NCBI GenBank assembly: GCA_043228905.1
Contig: JBHGNT010000015.1
Coordinates: 15,376,001-15,440,000 of the forward strand
DNA length: 64,000 bases
Direction: 5' to 3'
From: Azolla caroliniana
Lineage: Eukaryota > Plantae > Polypodiophyta
In this document: positions 60,723 through 64,000 of the stretch, piece by piece
Layout: every line of letters begins with the position of its first letter
Position numbering within the stretch: the first letter of the stretch is position 1
Notes under the pieces: generated by a model
Database searches by the model: none
Seen by the model: only the letters and a program-made list of their open reading frames with translations
What the model was told of the DNA's origin: nothing
Position numbers and translations under genes: made by a program

Positions 60723-61869
60723 CTATGTAATATGCAATGCTAATTAGCTAAATTCACCTCAATATTTCATCCGCTACCAATCAAGTTTAGATGTACAAAA
60801 TCTTTTGAAGGTTTAAACTCTTTGACATTTAATGCATACAACCTTATTTAAGTCACAAATAACTTAAAAAATTCATAGACGAATGAATTGGGTCTTCTCC
60901 AATTGAGTTGGAGTATTATCCATCAAGGAGGCACACATGTTAGGATGTGGATACAATCTTGACCTAATTTCGTTGAAACTTTGCTTTGGAGAAAAACTAA
61001 TGTTATGAACCACAAAATGAATTGAACTTAGATGTTCCAATGCTACCATTAAATAGGTTGGGCATGGGTCTATGAAGAGAAAGCTAATAAGCCATTAATC
61101 GATTAATAGCTTATTATGTGGACTAACATGAAGGGAAAGCTATTAATAGATTAATTGATTAATAGCTTATGGACATCTTCCAAACAAATGTCTACTTATG
61201 GATATTTTTCTTACTCTATTTCAACCATCAATCAAATTTTGTGGATTCAAAACCCTATTTATAGATATTTTTCTTACCCTAATTCAGCCAAATATGTGGA
61301 TTATTTCTCCTAAACCACATGCCATATCAGCCACAACAAAATATGTGGATATCAAACTAAAGAAATTGTGCACAATTTCTAAATAATTAACACATTACCA
61401 TCTAAATTGTGCACAAATTTAGAAGCTCTCTTCTCTTCCTTCTCTCATATTCATTCATAGGAAAGAGACACAAAGAACAGACAGGAAAGAAAATATATAC
61501 CTAAAGTCAAATTTAGGAGCAAGAATGTGGATTGGAGTATCGCTTGGAGCACCAAGGGGCTGATTATAGAAGAAGAGAGGGTCTCTATTATGGTTGGTTG
61601 GGCTGCGCTTTCTGTTAAAGAGAAGAGACAAAAAAATTTGGGGGAAATTTTTTTGACTTAAAAAGCCCTAAGTGCGCGGCTTGGTTAACAGTGGACTTCT
61701 TCCTTGCGTTCAAAGTGTGCACTTAACCGAATGTCTACTGTACATAAATAAATATAACACAAAACCAACAAAATTTAAATGATTTTTATTGGATATTATT
61801 ATTCACCTTGACTTTCAAATATGTATTTCAATTTTTATTTTCGCAATTTTTCTTTAAATCTAGAGATTT

Positions 61870-61917
61870 CTTTATAACTAATGGGAAGGAGTTTTTTTTT
61901 TGGAAAATAAATAAATA
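61870..61917 (+). mobile_element. ~48-bp LINE 3'-tail micro-insertion
   Basis: TSD aaatctagagattt at 61856-61869 and 61918-61931; insert taactaatgggaagg...tttttggaaaataaa matches the tail at about 11740-11778. Confidence 0.75.
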
Positions 61918-62193
61918 AAATCTAGAGATTTTGCTAAAAATTTCTAAATTTCCTTTTTTTTATATCAATTTTCTTTAAAAACAAGGCAAGACAGATGAAG
62001 AGAGGAGGAGGCTCATTGGGGCCCCCGACATTCGGTGGGGGGGGGGGGGGGGTTGCCCACTGATCAGGTTCCAGGAAAAGAATTGTAATGCATTAGCTCT
62101 CGCTTCCAATGGTAGTACCATTGTTGCTGAGAGGAGGATGCAGGATTACTGCTTTAGCTTCTAATGGCGAATTGCCAGCACGATCTGATGAGT

Positions 62194-63171
62194 ACCTGTC
62201 ACCTTCTTCTGCATTTTGAAACCCAACCAAACAAACAACATTAGAGAGTGCATTCGTTGGAATGCTTATAATAATAATAATACATTATTGACAAAAAACT
62301 TAAAGAGTAATAACCATCCCAACAAACAAGGAGAAACTAAAACCCAAGGGGTGTGATCTATTTCCAACACGTAGATAAGACATAACGTTCAGGGTTTGCA
62401 TGAGTTGGCAAAAGTTATAAAAGATCTTTGCCTTAAATGACAAATATAGTACGTACTGCACGGAATTCACCAATATAACATTCTTCCCAAATCTTGCATT
62501 CTTGTCAATTATGCAAATCCTGCAATGCCACAAATATAGGATGAATGTCATATCTTCAAAACCAAAACTACCACTTGAAAGATGGATACATATAATCCTC
62601 TTAACTAAGATTAGGTTCTCAATAGTGACCATTTTCGTCTCCAATCCTTTCCATTAATAATATCACATTCACCTTATTCTTGAGTTTCCTCCAACACCAA
62701 TTGTCACTTTTCCTTGTGCCAAAAGAGCTACTTGTTCAACATCGGTTTCATAATAATCAACACCAAGCATAACAATGTCCTAAAAATCAACCTCAGGAGT
62801 AAGGTACCAACATTGGAATTTTCCCATCAATCTACAAGTACAAACCTTTAATTCCCAAAATTTTCGATGTGTGATCTGATGCTGTCAATTGAGCACTCTA
62901 TTGTGTACTCTTGAAAGAAATAACCATGTGAAATAATAGATTTAACTACCTACATATTGAGGATTGAGATGATTAACTTAGATTTTCAAATATTGAGTCA
63001 ACTTCTTGGTAGGATGACAAAACTTAGTTCACTTACCCTATAACAATCCACTTTAGTTGGTGGGAGTTATCTCAAAGATGTGGAAATGGGCTTAGCCACA
63101 TCATAGAACCTGAATTGTGGTGGCTTTCAAGGGAGAATGAATGGGTTAGCATGATATAGTTGTCTACAATA
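62194..63171 (-). pseudogene. Partial genomic duplicate of AGPase large-subunit exons 11-15 with introns
   Basis: Collinear with about 53103-54095 including introns. Premature TAA in the exon 11 copy (TSLR*), last acceptor changed AG>AA, last exon truncated after EEGDR; interrupted upstream by an LTR at 63172. Confidence 0.93.
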
Positions 63172-64000
63172 TGTGAAAGTTAATGATTGGAAGCTTAGAC
63201 AAACTGGCTCAGCCAGATAACAACAAAAAATTAGAACTAGGTTTAATGGAAAGCTTAAATTACACATAGAGTACACGGGAAAGACAAAGAGAGCAGAACA
63301 ACATAAAATCAATTTCAAAATAACACTCTATAGATCTGTACATACAATGTGCTTAGAGAGCACTTTGATACAAGTCCTTGAAAGGACTGATGGAAGTACC
63401 TAGTATTTCAATGCTCGTACCGAGCTACTGAAACTAACTCCTAGGATAACTACCTAGTAGTCTAGGATTGTAGACCTCTAGCGGCCTACCGATTTTCACT
63501 CCGATTCAGCTCTCCGATTTGGCTCTTGGTTCCGTATACTGATCCGGCTCTGGCTTATTCAACCGATCCGGATCAACACTCCCCCTCAAACTCAACTTGA
63601 GGTCAGATTGTGGTGTCAGTGTCTATTGGTTCGTCCCTCCGGCTCCTCATGGCATCTTCCCGCCTTGCTTGCGCTCCTTGACCCGTCCGGTTCCGCTTTC
63701 CACGACCCGCTTGGTTCCGTGTACCTCGACCTTCTTGGTCAGCTTGCTTGCTCATAAGGCCCAACTCAACTCCCTTGCTGTTGTGACTTTGGCGCTTCTC
63801 AACCTGTTGGTTCCTCCGTGTTAGTGTCGACTTTCGTTGTCGTCTTGTTCGTTTGGCCTTTTGTTGATTCAGCTCCTACGAATCAAACATCTCCTCCGAA
63901 TCAGGCGTCTCCGATTCGTTCTAGCTCTTGTCCAATTTGGTTGTCTCTAATTCATCTTCCATCTTTAGGCCCTTTGCCACATCATACCATGTTCAGGTCT
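63172..64000 (-). mobile_element. 3' LTR (63172-63578) and 3' internal region of another LTR retrotransposon running off the window
   Basis: tgtgaaag...gatcaaca followed by ctccccct (PPT on the minus strand), the same arrangement as copia A and C; the second LTR is not in the window. Confidence 0.7.

Larger units (their letters stand above)
57968..61740 (-). mobile_element. pogo/Tigger-like Tc1-mariner DNA transposon (~3.8 kb), degenerate
   Basis: TIRs c(-)gtaaacattcggttaagtgc / gcacttaaccgaatgtctactg, TA on both sides, internal transposase fragments. Confidence 0.9.

Noticed and set aside
62037-62052. Poly-G run as a functional G-quadruplex
   Set aside because: Isolated homopolymer with no supporting context; its length is prone to sequencing error.

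Overview
Eukaryotic land-plant nuclear DNA, AT-rich and dominated by transposable elements; the species cannot be determined from the sequence. It holds two intact spliced genes on the minus strand. One is a COV1/LCV (DUF502) gene (3900-7626, 7 exons, about 253 aa). The other is an ADP-glucose pyrophosphorylase large-subunit gene (53023-57121, 15 exons, about 550 aa), which also has an intron-containing pseudogenic copy of its last five exons (about 62194-63171). Between the genes is a nested TE block: two young sister Ty1/copia elements (21983-27353 intact; 32727-38174 with one nonsense codon), an older copia (29007-47857), two LINE groups, hAT-type non-autonomous elements, two solo LTRs, and CACTA and gypsy remnants. 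A pogo/Tigger-type DNA transposon lies just upstream of the AGPase gene. The most striking pattern is a LINE family with no poly(A) tail whose three copies all sit in (GA)n/(TC)n tracts in the same relative orientation. One of them split a copia LTR at a TC tract that is uninterrupted in the sister LTR, which suggests a microsatellite-targeting non-LTR retrotransposon. Also notable are a twin-priming (5'-inverted) LINE and a vertebrate-type (TTAGGG)9 tract upstream of the AGPase start codon. All comparisons were made by eye; no alignments or database searches were run.
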